From the NCBI GenBank assembly GCA_039621445.1, contig CP154954.1:26176954-26240953 (forward strand): a stretch of 64,000 bases of DNA. Direction: 5' to 3'. Made by a program: the position numbers and the translations under genes. Of the stretch, positions 51,360 to 64,000 are shown piece by piece. The DNA comes from Euglena gracilis. Taxonomy: Eukaryota. How positions within the stretch are numbered: the stretch's first letter is position 1; each line of letters opens with the position of its first letter. Under the pieces are notes generated by a model, which saw only the letters and a list, made by a program, of their open reading frames with translations, was not told the origin of the DNA and made no database searches.

Positions 51360-53518
51360 GGTAGCCCGCACAATGGCCCGCCCGAGATGTCCGTGATCCG
51401 GACGGTGGCCATCACGAACGTCGATGATTCCGTGGTGGAGGAGCGGCTGCGGGGCTTCTTCTCGCGCTGCGGCCCCATCCGCCGGATGGACTTCGTTGCC
51501 ACCGCGTCCCCTCGCAAGGCCTCCATTGGTGAGCCCCCCTTGACACCTGTGATGTGGGACATGCCATGACATCTGGGACACACCAACACCGAGGGAGTAA
51601 CCTGGAAAGCCAAGTTGCAAAAAGGCAATGAAACGTTTGAAGATAACCCTTTTTTTCATTTGGGTGTTGGGATTGTGATTTTTTTTTGCTGTTTTTTTTG
51701 CGGATCTCCCCCCTCATTGGCACTTTTCCCCCAAGTTTGCTTGTTTGCCTCCCCCCAACCATTACCCACCCCTCCCTCAGAATTCAGCACCACGGCGGCC
51801 TTCGAGGAGGCCCTGCGCATGAACGGGGTCGAGGTCGGGGGCCGCCAGCTGCAGATCTCCCGGGCCCTTACCAACCTCGCCCCCACCGTCTCCCCCTCTG
51901 GGGTGTGCAGCCCCCCCCCCCCCCCTGGCACTGTTTGCTCTGTTTGCAGTGCTGGATTTCCGGGCCATCGCCCCGACTCCATCGTCCCAGGGCCTCTGAA
52001 AATGCACATATTGCTCATTCCTGCATAATCCAGTCAGTTGTTTTCCTGGCCATTTTGGGCGACTTCCCACAACTTTGCGCCCATGTTTCTATTGGTTTGT
52101 TCAGCGGTGGCCTTTTTTGGGACATTTTCTTCTTTTGGTCCCGATTTGACCTTGAAAGCAGATCCCCCCGGGACCTCACCCGGTGGGTGCCCCCCCCCCT
52201 GGATAGCACCACAACTTGGAACTACCGCCGTCCTTCATGCCCTCAACATTACCCCCCCCCCCCCCCCCTTGGCGTACGACCACCCCTCATTTACGACCAC
52301 CCCCCGGTCTCAGGTTGCAGGTCATGGGGTGTTATGACCCCCCGGTCACGGGTTGCAGGTTGCGAAAAATTTAACACCATTTCACCTATGACCGCCCCCG
52401 CATTTACGACCACCCCCCGGTCACAGGTTGCAGGTTATGGGGGTATTACGACCCCCCCCCCCCCCCGGTCACAGGTTGCTGGAACCCGGTCGTACAACAG
52501 GGGGGGGGGGCGGGTAGGTGGCTGCTGAGGTACCTTGCCATTTGGAATCCCCCCCCTCCTCGTGGCAATGCTGCCTCTGTGAATTCAGGCATTCCCTCGG
52601 ATTTGTGCCGCAAGTAATCACAAGTAATCACGAATCATCATAAACATCAGCTTTTTGATGATCACAAATGATCATGAATATCACAAATAACCAGAAATGA
52701 AAATTTATTATTTTTATAATTTTTCCCTTTAAAATCTTCCTTTTTTCCCCCCCTTCAGAAAACAGTGTTTCTGCAAATGGGTGATATTTTCACAATTCTG
52801 GTGATCCTCTGAACCAGCTATCCCATCCCCAAAGAGTGCATCAGATGGAAATTTATTCATCTTGGCATTCCAACAGACCATTATCCTTCTGTTTTGGAAC
52901 GATGATGTTGAGTGCCGCTCCCTTATTGAGCAAACACAGCTTCCTTGCCATTTTCTTCCTGCTTCTGTGATGCCTCTCATTTCAAGTCAAGGAGGTGTTT
53001 GTTTGGACAATGGAATCCACAAGGAATGATGGTGAATACCTGCAATTTTTGAATTCTGCGCATTTCCAATGCTTCTGTGTGGACTCAATCTCATCACTCC
53101 ATCGTTTAGCACAAAACGGCAGGTTTTTGGCCCATCGAATGACCCCGAATAATCACGCGTGAGTGTGAATGTGAAACCGTGGTCGCTGCCACGAAACATG
53201 GAAACCCTGCTCACTTGCAAGGATGCATTTTTTTTTGCGGAATGGCATTGGGGATCTTTCTTCTTTAATTGATTCGAAAAGAACGCCCCGTTTTCCCCAC
53301 TGCAGTCCTCACATTGGCCGGGGGTCCTCCGGACGGTGCCGGGGCCAGACCACCGTTCTCGGCGCCGCGTTGCTGCCACCCCCGCTCAGGCCGGGAAGGC
53401 AGTGGTCCCGACGGACGGCAGCTTCATGGAGCGGTTCCTGCAGGGCCAGCTGCAGCCCAAGAAGGCCGCGGGGAAACTGAAGAAGGACGATGGGGCCCCA
53501 GGCATCGATGTGGTGTGA
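51360..53518 (+). CDS. RRM-domain RNA-binding protein (3 exons visible)
   Basis: Exons 51360(ATG 51387)-51528, 51781-51880, ~53344-53518(TGA). RRM: RTVAITNVDDSVVEERLRGFFSRCGPIRRMDF...KASIEFSTTAAFEEALRMNGVEVGGRQLQISRA. Intron 51529-51780 is canonical GTGAG...CAG. The second intron is non-GT-AG (caccgtc/gacggtg stem, in frame). C-terminal DGSFMERF motif. Upstream exons may exist (pyrimidine tract + AG at 51358-59). Confidence 0.8.
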
Positions 53519-54689
53519 CGGGGTCGCGCAGCACCGAGGACTCATTTAAGAAAGTGGCCATTTAAAAACAGTGCGCCAGGTCCAACCTCGAACCTGTGGC
53601 CGTTTCAATTTGGATCATTTTTGGAGATGAGGAACTCAACTTTTCTGTGTTATATTTGTCCACGGATTTATTTGCCCTGAAAAAAATTGCACTGAAAAGA
53701 ATAGATCTGGGAACAAATCTCAAAAGAATTCTATACATGTTTGGTAATTCAACAGCCCTGCTTTGAATCTGATTTGAACACACAGCTCCTAAGCTTTGCA
53801 TTGGAAACGTTGCACGTCGGTGATGTGTTTTAATCCTTAGTTGCATTTGCAAGAGGGAGTGTGGGTGGGTTGGTTGGTATGGGCACGTGTATACACTGAG
53901 AACGTGACCCCAACCTTAAGCAATGTATTGCTTTAAAAAAACTTGACAACAGAGGAGGCATATGACAATGTGTGTGATTCAATGTGGTTTTGGTGTGATT
54001 TTGCAGAATTTAGTTTGATTTTACTGGAAGAATTACTTGAACAAATTTTACTTTTTTGTCCACATGACTTTTACATGGAAAAAATTAATTTGCAAGGTCG
54101 TACGTAATTTTGCGTGATTTTACGTGCCAGGTTATTGTTTAAAAACTGCCAGAGGTTTTTTGCTGCAAGTTGAGGAAATGAGCGAAGAACCAAAGAAAAT
54201 AGGATAATAACAGTAACTGCTTAACAAAGCAATCGGTCTGTTTTGATTGGCACAAAATGGTTCATTTGGCTTTTCTTGGGATGGTCAGGGGGGGGGAATT
54301 GAAGTTGCATAATTTGCATTTTTTTTTGCATAATGAAAATATTTAAAAGTCGCATTTTTTGCATTTTTTTGCATACTTTGCTTTTCCGTTTTTTCGGTCA
54401 TTTGCAGAGGCAAAACAGGCAATTTGCTCCACTAGCAGACAACTGGAAGTTGCATGCTGCATGTTTCTGGACCGAATTCACATCAGCAGCAAGGTGAACC
54501 ACCATATGACTTAGCAGTTTGCACCCTGCATTTTTGCACCCTGCACCCTGCACCCTGCATTGTTGGAGGAGGTGAAAATTTTCTGAATCCTCTCCAGTTG
54601 AAAAGTGTACAGCCCTGGATTTGCATTTTTTTGCATTTTTGTTGCATTTTGTTGCATTTTGTTGCACTTTTTGGATTTTTTTTATTGTA

Positions 54690-55086
54690 CCCCCCCCTAT
54701 GTCCAACGACCCCCCTCCATGTCCAATGACCACCCCCCCCCGGTCAGAGGACACCTTTTCGGAGGTTTGACCAAATTTTTGGTCCCGGCGTGAAGCGCCG
54801 GGACGGAAAACTTTGCCCAAAAATTTGGCCAAAATGCCATTTTTGACACTTTTTGGACAAAAATTTGTCAAAATTGCCCAAAATTTTCGGCACGAAGCGC
54901 CGGAAGGGAAAATTTGGGCATTTTTGGGTGGGTAGGGACCCGGGTACCCACCAACTTTCTTTTGACCCCATGTCCAACGACCACCCCCCCGGTCAGAGGA
55001 CACCTTTTTGGTCACTACCCTATGTCCAACGACCACCCCCCCGGTCAGAGGACAGAGGTTACCGGTCATTGGACATAGGGGGGGGG
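54690..55086. mobile_element. TA-flanked MITE (tgtccaacgac family)
   Basis: TIR CCCCCCTATGTCCAA...TTGGACATAGGGGGG with TA flanks; second copy at 36741-37805. Confidence 0.85.
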
Positions 55087-55599
55087 TACTTGCATATTTC
55101 GAAGAGCCTTGTTGCACCCCCCCCCCCCCGGATGGATGTCCAGGCCCAACAATGCTGCATGACGAAGTTAGGATAAGAGCACCAAAGAGGGGAAACGGGG
55201 AACATACCACCAAATCACATCCCCCCTTTGGATGAGGGGACACCACAACCCTTTCACGCTCACTACAACAAGTTTGTATAGTTGCACAAGTCAACACTCA
55301 GAAAATCAAACAATTGTGTGAAGGGCTGTGAAAGTCTTCAGTTGTTTTGTAACAGTGACAGTGAGCCACGTTGGTTTCACTGCCGAATATTGCAGCATTC
55401 ACCAGACCTCTGCTAAAAGATATGCAGCTGCCCGGGGGGGGGGGTTGGACTGCAGCTCGGTCGGAACCGACAGCGAACGAGTAGTCAGAGAAAAAACCCT
55501 GCTGGTTCCTGTATTTGAACGCACGGACTGGGAACGGATACCTCAGGCAACAGATTTTGCATATATGCCAAATGGCGATCAATACCTCCCCAGTAGAGG

Positions 55600-55880
55600 C
55601 AGGGTATCGCTTTACCGTTCGGTGGGCAAAGGTATGGTTTGCAGTCATCCATGTGCACATCTTTTTGACGCGGTTGGGTAGAGCGATTTTATTATTGCGC
55701 CCACTACTACCCAACCAGTCGAGGATTTCACAGTCTCCCACACAAAGGGGTTCCAACTTCGTGGATTGCATGCGGGTTCTATTATTCTGAACCCACACGC
55801 GGTCACCCGGGTTGGTGCAGAGATTGCTCTTCACCCTCGCCCTGAACTGCTCCCGTCTGGCCAAATGTGCATGGATGTGC
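55600..55880 (-). pseudogene. Gypsy-like integrase C-terminal (GPY/F-region) relic
   Basis: PGDRVWVQN...STKLEPLCVGDCEILDWLG...KIALP resembles GDxVWV...KLxPxWxGPxxI. Confidence 0.55.
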
Positions 55881-56239
55881 CAGATAACATGCACAGGCAT
55901 TCATTTTAAACCCTTTTTCTCCAAATATTTTCTCATTGAATTTTGCAAAAAAAATAAAATTGTGCAAAACCATTGGTTTGCATATGCTTAATGCTTTGCT
56001 TTATTTCTTTGGTGAGAAAAGTTTCAGCAAGAACAGTTCAAAACAGACCCTGCTGCAAGCTCACACACAATAACCGCGGTCAAGATTGCTTGAAACGGAT
56101 GATTTTGTCGTTGACAAATTCTTGACCACAAAGTAGACAGCGTTGTGCATTACTGGAAAGTGCGGTAAAAAGGGTATGGCACAGACGAGGACTCACACAC
56201 ACACTGGAAAGTGCGGTGGAAAGGGTATGGCACAGATGA

Positions 56240-56273
56240 GGACACACACACATACACACACGCACACACACAT

Positions 56274-56328
<55 letters not shown>

Positions 56329-56388
56329 CATGTGTGTGTGTGTGTCTCGGGGGCCAGGCGTTACACACACACACACATATATATATAT

Positions 56389-56420
<32 letters not shown>

Positions 56421-56810
56421 TGTATGTATGTATGTATGTATGTATGTATGTATGTATGTATGTATGTATGTATGTATGTATGTATGTATGTATGTATGTA
56501 TGTATGTATGTATGTATGTATGTATGTATGTATGTATGTATGTATGTATGTATGTATGTATGTATGTATGTATGTATGTATGTATGTATGTATGTATGTA
56601 TGTCTGTATGTATGCATGCATGCATGCATGCATGCATGCATGCATGTATGTATGTATGTATGTATGTATGTATGTATGTATGTATGTATGTATGTATGTA
56701 TGTATGTATGTATGTATGTATGTATGTATGTATGTATGTATGTATGTATGTATGTATGTATGTATGTATGTATGTATGTATGTATGTGTGTGTATGTATA
56801 TGTATGTATG

Positions 56811-56843
<33 letters not shown>

Positions 56844-57142
56844 GTGTGTATGTATGTATGTATGTATGTATGTATGTATGTATGTATGTATGTATGTCTG
56901 TATGTATGTATGTATGTATGTATGTATGTCTGTATGTATGTATGTATGTATGTATGTATGTATGTATGTATGTATGTATGTATGTATGTATGTATGTATG
57001 TATGTATGTATGTATGTATGTATGTATGTATGTATGTATGTATGTATGTATGTCTGTATGTATGTATGTATGTATGTATGTATGTATGTATGTATGTATG
57101 TATGTATGTATGTATGTATGTCTGTATGTATGTATGTATATG

Positions 57143-57174
<32 letters not shown>

Positions 57175-58110
57175 TGTATGTATGTATGTATGTATGTATG
57201 TATGTATGTATGTATGTATGTCTGTATGTATGTATGTATGTCTGTATGTATGTATGTTAGTATGTATGTATGTATGTATGTTTATATGTATGTATATATA
57301 TATGTATGTATGTGTGTGTATGTATGTATGTATGTATGTATGTTTGTATGTATGTATGTATGTATGTATGTATGTATGTATGTATGTATGTATGTATGTA
57401 TGTATGTATGTATGTAGGTATGTATGTATGTATGTCTGTCTGTCTGTATGTATGTATGTATGTATGTGTGTATGTATGTATGTATGTATGTATGTCTGTA
57501 TGTTAGTATGTATGTATGTTGGTAAGAATGTATGTATGTATGTATGTATGTATGTATGTATGTCTGTATGTCTGTGTCTGTATGTATGTCTGTATGTATG
57601 TGTATGTGTATGTATGTCTGTCTGTCTGGATGTATGTGTATGTCTGTATGGATGTATGTATGTATGTATCTTTGTATGTATGTCTGTATGTCTGTCTGTC
57701 TGCTGTCTGCATGTCTGTTTCTGTCATTCTGTCTGTCATGTATGTCTTTGTATGTATTGTCTATCTGCATGCATGTATGTCTGCATGCATGTATGTATGT
57801 ATGTATGTATGTATGTATGTGTATGTATGTATGTATGTATGTATGTTGTATGTATGTATGTATGTATGTATGTATGTATGTATGTATGTATGTATGTATG
57901 TATGTGTATGTGTGTGTGTGTGTATGTCTGTATGTATGTATATATGTATGTGTGTATGTATGTCTGTATGTATGATGTATGTATGTATGTATGTATGTAT
58001 GTATGTAGTATGTATGTATGTCTGTATGTATGTATGTATGTATGTATGTATGTATGTATGTATGTATGTATCTGTCTGTCGGTTTGTATGTCTGTGTTGT
58101 TCGTGTATGT
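56240..58110 (+). repeat. (TATG)n microsatellite, progressively degenerate toward the 3' end
   Basis: Read directly; preceded by (CA)n/(TA)n/(TG)n. Confidence 0.97.
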
Positions 58111-58960
58111 CTGTCAACCCGACCGTTTGTATGGGCAATAGCGACCGGCAGGACCACCCTGAGAACTACTACAACAACTACAAGGGCAGTTGACAACTAC
58201 AATGCCACACAACCACAACCACAAGGGTAGCATAAAACACAAACAGAACCTCAAAGGCAGTATGCCAACTTACCGATTCCACGGTTCCTCAAATACATGG
58301 GTGAACTGATGGCTGCCTCGACAGATACAATTCGGAATGCTCTGTGCATGAGTGCAGGCAGCAGACCGGATCCTTTCATCCAAGTGATGTTGGATTTGTA
58401 TTGTCGACAATTGCTGGCCATCGCCAACAAACCTATCGCAATCTGGGACATGTGGTCCCAGAGCACGACAGCAGGTAGAATTTTCTTCAATCCGGAGAAT
58501 CTGGTTTTCCGGAAAACCTGACCCTCAGGGACCTGGGAGTCCTGGTCCTCCCTGTGCTCCGCGGGGTGCACCCTGTGGGTGCTTTCGCGGGGTACACCCT
58601 GCGGGTGCTTTCGCGGAACAGATGTGTTGCTGCACCCCGGAACTCACACAAAGTGAGATGGGCGACCTTTTACTTCACCACCACGCATGCCACCTTCCCG
58701 AGACTGGGAGATTGGTATGCACTCACAATATGTTTGTGAAGGCCGAAGAGCCATATACTGAATACCGTACAGACGAAATGGCCGAAGAGCCATATGATGA
58801 GTATACAACAGCAGAACCTCAGGGGAATATACCATGGAAACAGACGAACCTGAACCGACAACGTTGTCACCACCTCAACCACCGATAACCCCCAACGCAC
58901 CGGTGTCAGTCCACAATCAGCCAGTGAATTCTTAGTGGACCCCCCGTACTCTGCCAGCAG

Positions 58961-59258
58961 CAGGCTTCTTTTTAAGGAAGCCCACACCCCCCTGGGGGGG
59001 GGGTTGCTGGGTTCTATGGGCAGACAGGGGGGTTGGGCACTTTCGACCCCCGGGGTTGGGTTGGGTTGGGTTTTGGGGTGGGTAGTGATATAGCACACCA
59101 GACGAAGGTGCTGTGGCCCGAAAATGACCATTTTCAAAAAAATTGGCTGGATCGGCAGGCAGTGGGTCCAGAACCGACCCCCCCCCCCTGAGTGGGTGTG
59201 CCTGCTATGGGCAGGCACCTCCAGCACACCCTGCCGGGGGTTGGTAAAAAAAAGCCTG
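58961..59258. mobile_element. Older hAT-type MITE
   Basis: TIR CAGGCTTCTTTTTA...TAAAAAAAAGCCTG; flanks gccagcag / gatagcag (6 of 8 match). Confidence 0.65.
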
Positions 59259-60456
59259 GATAGCAGTCCCATTCAGAGAAGAATGATTGGGCGACGACAA
59301 TCACGTGAAAATTTTTTGGAGGGCCTACCCTTGGCCCAGTCACGATTTGGGTTAATTGAAAGGGATTGGGTAAGGGTCAGGGTTTAGAAATATGATCAGG
59401 GTTAAGATTTGGGCCTTTTGGCCTGAATTTATGCTAAAAATTAGGACAAATTTAGACCAGAATTAGGCTTGATTTCAGCCTAACTCCCTAACTTCGGCCT
59501 AACCCTATCCCTAACCCTAACCCAGCTGCGAAGGGTTGTATTTGAAATGATGTTTTGTTTGCGGACAGAATGTGAAAGCGGACAGAATGTAAGAAGACCT
59601 CCCCGGTTGAAGAATGTGGTGATGGTATTGACTGGTGGTGCCTCCTGATTGTTTATGCTTGATTTTTTTTGCAATTCGACTCAATGGCATCAGAAGTTGA
59701 AGCCACATGTTACAATTACTCACAAGTTTGGTGTGGGGAATTTTCAAGGTAATACCCACACAAAAATCGGTGGAATCCCTTATTTTGTGCAGAGAACTGC
59801 ACCTCATCATGTTCAATCCTGAAAGAAGAAGTTTGCATGGGGGATATGCAAGTTGCATAATTCGCATTTCTCCACACAATGAAGATTTTGCGAAAAGTCA
59901 CATTGTTGTATTGGCAGACAACTGGGAGTTACATACTACACATTTTTTGGACCAATTTATATAATAGCAGTTGCTCCTCTGAGGAAAATTTTTCATCTTG
60001 CAACATTATTTACTGTGCAACACAGCTCATGTTTTGGACAGTTATTCGCATTTTCTCTAACAGGACGCACAAAAAACATGGCCAAAGAAGTGTCGTCACA
60101 TTTTTTTTATACTTTTTGTTAAAAAATTGCCGAAAACAAAAAAATCCCTAAAAATGCCACACCAAAAGAAATTATGTTTTTTTGGGGTTTTGGTCTTTTG
60201 GTTTTTTTGCAAACTTGCAAAAAAAAGTCCTTTCCAGAAAAATGGTGTACAGCCCCAGAGGGCTCTAAACGTTTTTGCATGCAACTTGCAAAAACCTTGC
60301 TTGCAACTGCTTGCTTGCAACTGCTTGCCTTTTTTTTGCCGTTGTTGCATATCCCCCCCTGCATCCCCCCCCCCCCCCGCTGCCTCTGTTGCATGCTTCA
60401 CCCAACTGGGACAAACCTTGCCATCCCCTGCCAGAAGACCCTCCACGTTCCCACAG

Positions 60457-62670
60457 CTGCAAGGTCTCGGCCTCGAAGAGCCGCCGCCGCCCCCGCCGCC
60501 CCCGCCCCCAGCGCCAGGGGCTGCCGGCCCCCCTGGGCCAGCGCCGCGTGCTCCGTGGCGGGCTCAGGCCTTCCCCGCCCACACTCCCTTGCACGCACAG
60601 CGGAATTTGAAGGAGCCTGTATTGTATGTGCGACTTTGCACTGTTTTACGGCGCCGTCCCCCCCCCCCCCCGCCCTGCTGTTGTCCCCCTTCCATGGCGG
60701 TCCATAAGGGACGATTTTTTTTTGAGGGACACCTTCAAGGGCCGCCCTTGGGCCGAAAGGCCGGCAAACGGTCGGCTCGAGTGTCGCCCGGGTCGAAATT
60801 GAAAAAGCGAGAAACACATTTCGATGGTTTAGGTGGACGGGCGAAGGTTCACGCATGCCAGCAACATGGCCATTTTCTTGGACCATTTTTTGTGTGCCGC
60901 CCCCCCCCCCACCCCCACGGCGCTGCGGCCGGGCCAACGCCTTGGAGCGCATCGCGGCCAACCTGCGGCAGAAGCTGGCGGACAAGGAGCGGCTGAAGGA
61001 GCTGGAGCTGCAGCGGGAACGGGAGTTGGGCGCAGAGGCGTGCCCCCCCCCCCCCCCCGGGGCTGCTGTCCTCTTCAGAGGGGCCACAGGGGGGGTTTCA
61101 GGGTTTTGACGGTTTTGCTCTGTGCCTGCCGGCCGTTCTGTGGGGGGGGCGTGCCGCCTTCCGACACTGTCGGCAGCCACGCCGCTTCCGCCGGCCGAAT
61201 TTGGTCATGCCACTGCTCCGTCCCCCCCCCCTTCCCCCACCTGCCCTTCCGTCACACCCTGCTGCTCGCCCCCCCCCCCCCCCTTTCCCCCCCCCTGTCG
61301 CCTGCAGAGCGGGGCGGCCCACCGCCCCTCCGGCTGGGACCACCTCGGCCAGGTGCAGGACCCTGCGCTGGCCGCCGCGCCCAAGCCCCCGCCGTGGCCC
61401 GGCGGGGAGGGAGGCCAGGGGAGAGGGGGGACGGGGTTTTGGGGACGGGGCGTGGGCAACTGGCGCGAGCCCGCTGTTTGCGCCTTCCTTATTGACAATG
61501 AATGAATCAATCTTCATATTTTCTTCACAGAAGAGCTATTGCTCAAAAAAAATCGCAGAAAAGTTTGTTGTGTTTTCCATTGCCTATTTCCCTCCTTCGC
61601 CACCGGGTTTTCTCCATTTTGGCCATTTTGAAATCTTAAACCTTCTTCTTCCTCCTGTATTTTAATCAGGGCGTCGTTCCAAGTTGGACACCATGCCAGC
61701 CAGCCAGTAGCTTTTTCCAGATACCACAGCCCATAGGGTTTGAGGCTGCAGGTTAGTATACCCCCCGCTGTACAACAAAAAAATCTGGTTTGCTGGGTTG
61801 CCCCCACCTATGGTAGACTATTTGCCGACCATGGCCGACCAGGGCTGACCAGGGCCGACCAGGGCTGACCAGCGGTTAACGAGCTAATCCATTAAGAAAC
61901 CATTGAATAATCCGACCATTCAAACCAACCAAACCAACCAGCCAAGCCGACCAGATATCCCTCCTCGATAGACTCCAGTGGGGTGGGATGCCGTCACTGC
62001 AACTGTACTTCCGAACCCCTCCTCCCTCATCGACAAGTTTATTTAATTTTCAGCCGTTAGAAGCCTTTTTGCCTTCGGAGCTGCAAACAAAAACCGCCCG
62101 AAAATGGGCAATAATGGGTCGGAAAACGGTATTTCTGTATAATTGGCTGTTTATTTGGATTTTTTTTCGCATTTTCATTTTTTTTTGGTACCTGGTTTGA
62201 CCCCCAGTTTGGGCCCAGTTCCAGCCAAAGGACCTTCTGGGGGAGGTCAGCCAGCATCCTTTTCCACCAACCCATTTTTCCAGCCTCATAAGCAAAAGGA
62301 ACAGTGTAATGGAGAAGGCAAGGGGACACCCATGAGCTCTTTATTCGCGGGGCCTGCCGCCGTCCTCCCACCGGGCGGAAACTTGGCCCCGGCAACCCTT
62401 TCCGGCCGCCGCTCACCCGGCCACCTGGTGCAAGAGCGGGAACGCCTCGGGGAGAAGCCTCCCACCCTCTACATCTCCGGTGTGCGGACGCCGCAGAAAA
62501 TGTCGTGCGAAGCTAATCCACTGCAGAAATCCTTCACTCCCAGAAAAATAATATCGTTGAACGTTTGTTTGATTCCTCACTGCGTCCACCCCGAGGCCTG
62601 GTCACGGTGGAGGATGAAGATGGATGCCTGTGCGCTGCTGTGCAGGGTGTCGCGCGGTGTGGCTGTTCTG
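60457..62670 (+). CDS. Partial gene: Pro-rich + coiled-coil protein with probable RRM start; 5' and 3' ends not found
   Basis: Exons ~60457-60535 ([21 protein letters not shown]), 60931-~61027 (ANALERIAANLRQKLADKERLKELELQRERE), possibly 61169-~61202, ~61308-61400 (AAHRPSGWDHLGQVQDPALAAAPKPPPWP), ~62419-62479 (GHLVQERERLGEKPPTLYIS), 62596-~62670 (LVTVEDEDG). Intron 60536-60930 is N3-CAGCGCCG...CGGCGCTG-N5 and in frame. 62480-62595 is a candidate GT-AG intron giving RNP2-like TLYISGL. Confidence 0.6.
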
Positions 62671-64000
62671 CACCTGCGACTGACCCATCCTTTATGGCTT
62701 TCCTCATGGCAATGCAAACTCCCCAAACACCCAAACAGGACAAACCATTTTGTGAAACCAACTTCTGCCAGTGCCATTACCCCCAAATAGGACCCCATGC
62801 CGATTTTCTGCAAAAATCCAAGAACTAGACCAGAGGACTGCACAAGGATCCCTGCAACCACATGGGTAGTGGGTGGGGGGTCACCCCCCCCATCCCCATC
62901 CTGGTGGGTGGGGGGTCCGACCCTCCTTCTCCCCACCAGGCCCTCCCTCCTGTACTTTCAGGGGAGTCGATTTTTAGGCCAAATTTTTCCTTCGGTGCCG
63001 AAAGAGTTTTCATTGCTTGGGTACTATGGTGGGTAGGGGGGTTGACCCCCCCCTCCCAGGTGGGGGGTTGACCCCCAACAGGCTTTCCCGTACACCCCTG
63101 CTAGACCCCCCCCAAATAAGACCCCTACTTGGGATTTTCAGGGAACTCCAAGAAATTGACCACCGTAGAATTTTTCAAAAAAACGTGTGCTGAAATAAAA
63201 TGCGGTAAAAAAAATATCATTTTCGAGACATTTTTTGCCCATTGCCAAAACCGTCCTTTTTGGACCTATTTTTGTACCCCCCGAAGGCTTTTCTCGATCG
63301 AGGTGCTCAGCAAAAATCAAAAACAAAACCAGGTTTTGAGTAGGACTTGCACCTGTTGGAAGGCCGAAAAGACTGGCATTGCAAATTTCGCGGAATTTAT
63401 GATTTACAAATTACTCATCTGCAATTTACAGTAACTTTCAGTATTTTTACAGTGAATTTTAAAACGTTAAGAGATCAGAGACCCCCTCATACCCCCCATA
63501 CCCCTTTTCTCAGATTTTTTCGACTTTTTTTGGGCCCGGAAATGACCCAAACTCCATGGGTTTCGGGCCAAAAACGGGGCGCTGGGTGGGGGGGGGTGTC
63601 GAAAAACGCGCATTTTCGGCTCAAAAACAGTTTTCCGGGTCCGGGAGGCCAAAAAAACATTGTTTCGGGCAAACTTTTTCTTTCCATTTTCTCCAACTTT
63701 TTTTGACCCGTTTTTGACTTAGGGGGTCGAAAAACGCTCATTTTCGGCTCAAAAACAGGTTTTTACAGGTTTGGGAGGCCAGAAAACATCGTTTCGGACA
63801 ATTTTTTTTCTCGATTTTTTTCGACTTTTTTGGCCCAAAAAAATGGCCTAAAACGGGCAAGTCGAAGCAGGCAAAAACTGTACAAAATGGCCCAAATTGG
63901 CCAAAAAAATGGCCGTAACTCGGGCTAGGCGGGGAGTTGCAGGAAATCAAAATAACCTTAGATAGGGCATTTTAAGGGCTTCAATTTAGGTCTCCGGACA

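Noticed and set aside
58130-58890. Upstream exons of the third gene
   Set aside because: Codon usage is unlike the GC3-rich exons and no splice stems were found; more likely TE debris.
59370-59525. True telomere or chromosome fusion site
   Set aside because: Only a few degenerate TTAGGG/CCCTAA units, better explained as element-internal motifs.

Overview
Repeat-rich eukaryotic nuclear DNA, almost certainly from a euglenid (Euglena-like). The identification is inferred from intron architecture, not from a marker gene. Nearly all ORFs in the supplied track are artefacts of repeats. The real genes are short GC-rich exons: (1) an F-box/leucine-rich-repeat gene of at least 11 exons (6507-21224, 414 codons assembled) whose introns lack GT-AG. 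Their ends base-pair, mostly in a fixed register (intron +4 with -6, often N3-CAG...CTG-N5), as in euglenid nonconventional introns. (2) An RRM gene (51360-53518). (3) A partial Pro-rich/coiled-coil/RRM-like gene (60457 to about 62670). Genes 2 and 3 mix GT-AG and nonconventional introns. About 24.5-50.9 kb is a ~22-bp satellite with frequent strand switches and a 1291-bp near-identical duplication. The window also holds a decayed hAT transposon (35084-39355, CAG...CTG ends, transposase pseudogene), several CAG...CTG MITEs with 8-bp target-site duplications (TSDs), TA-targeting MITEs, DIRS and Gypsy relics, and long microsatellites. Main observation: the intron geometry (3 nt + CAG...CTG + 5 nt) removes exactly one hAT element plus one 8-bp TSD. 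This suggests hAT MITEs could act as seamless intron generators for the non-GT-AG pathway.
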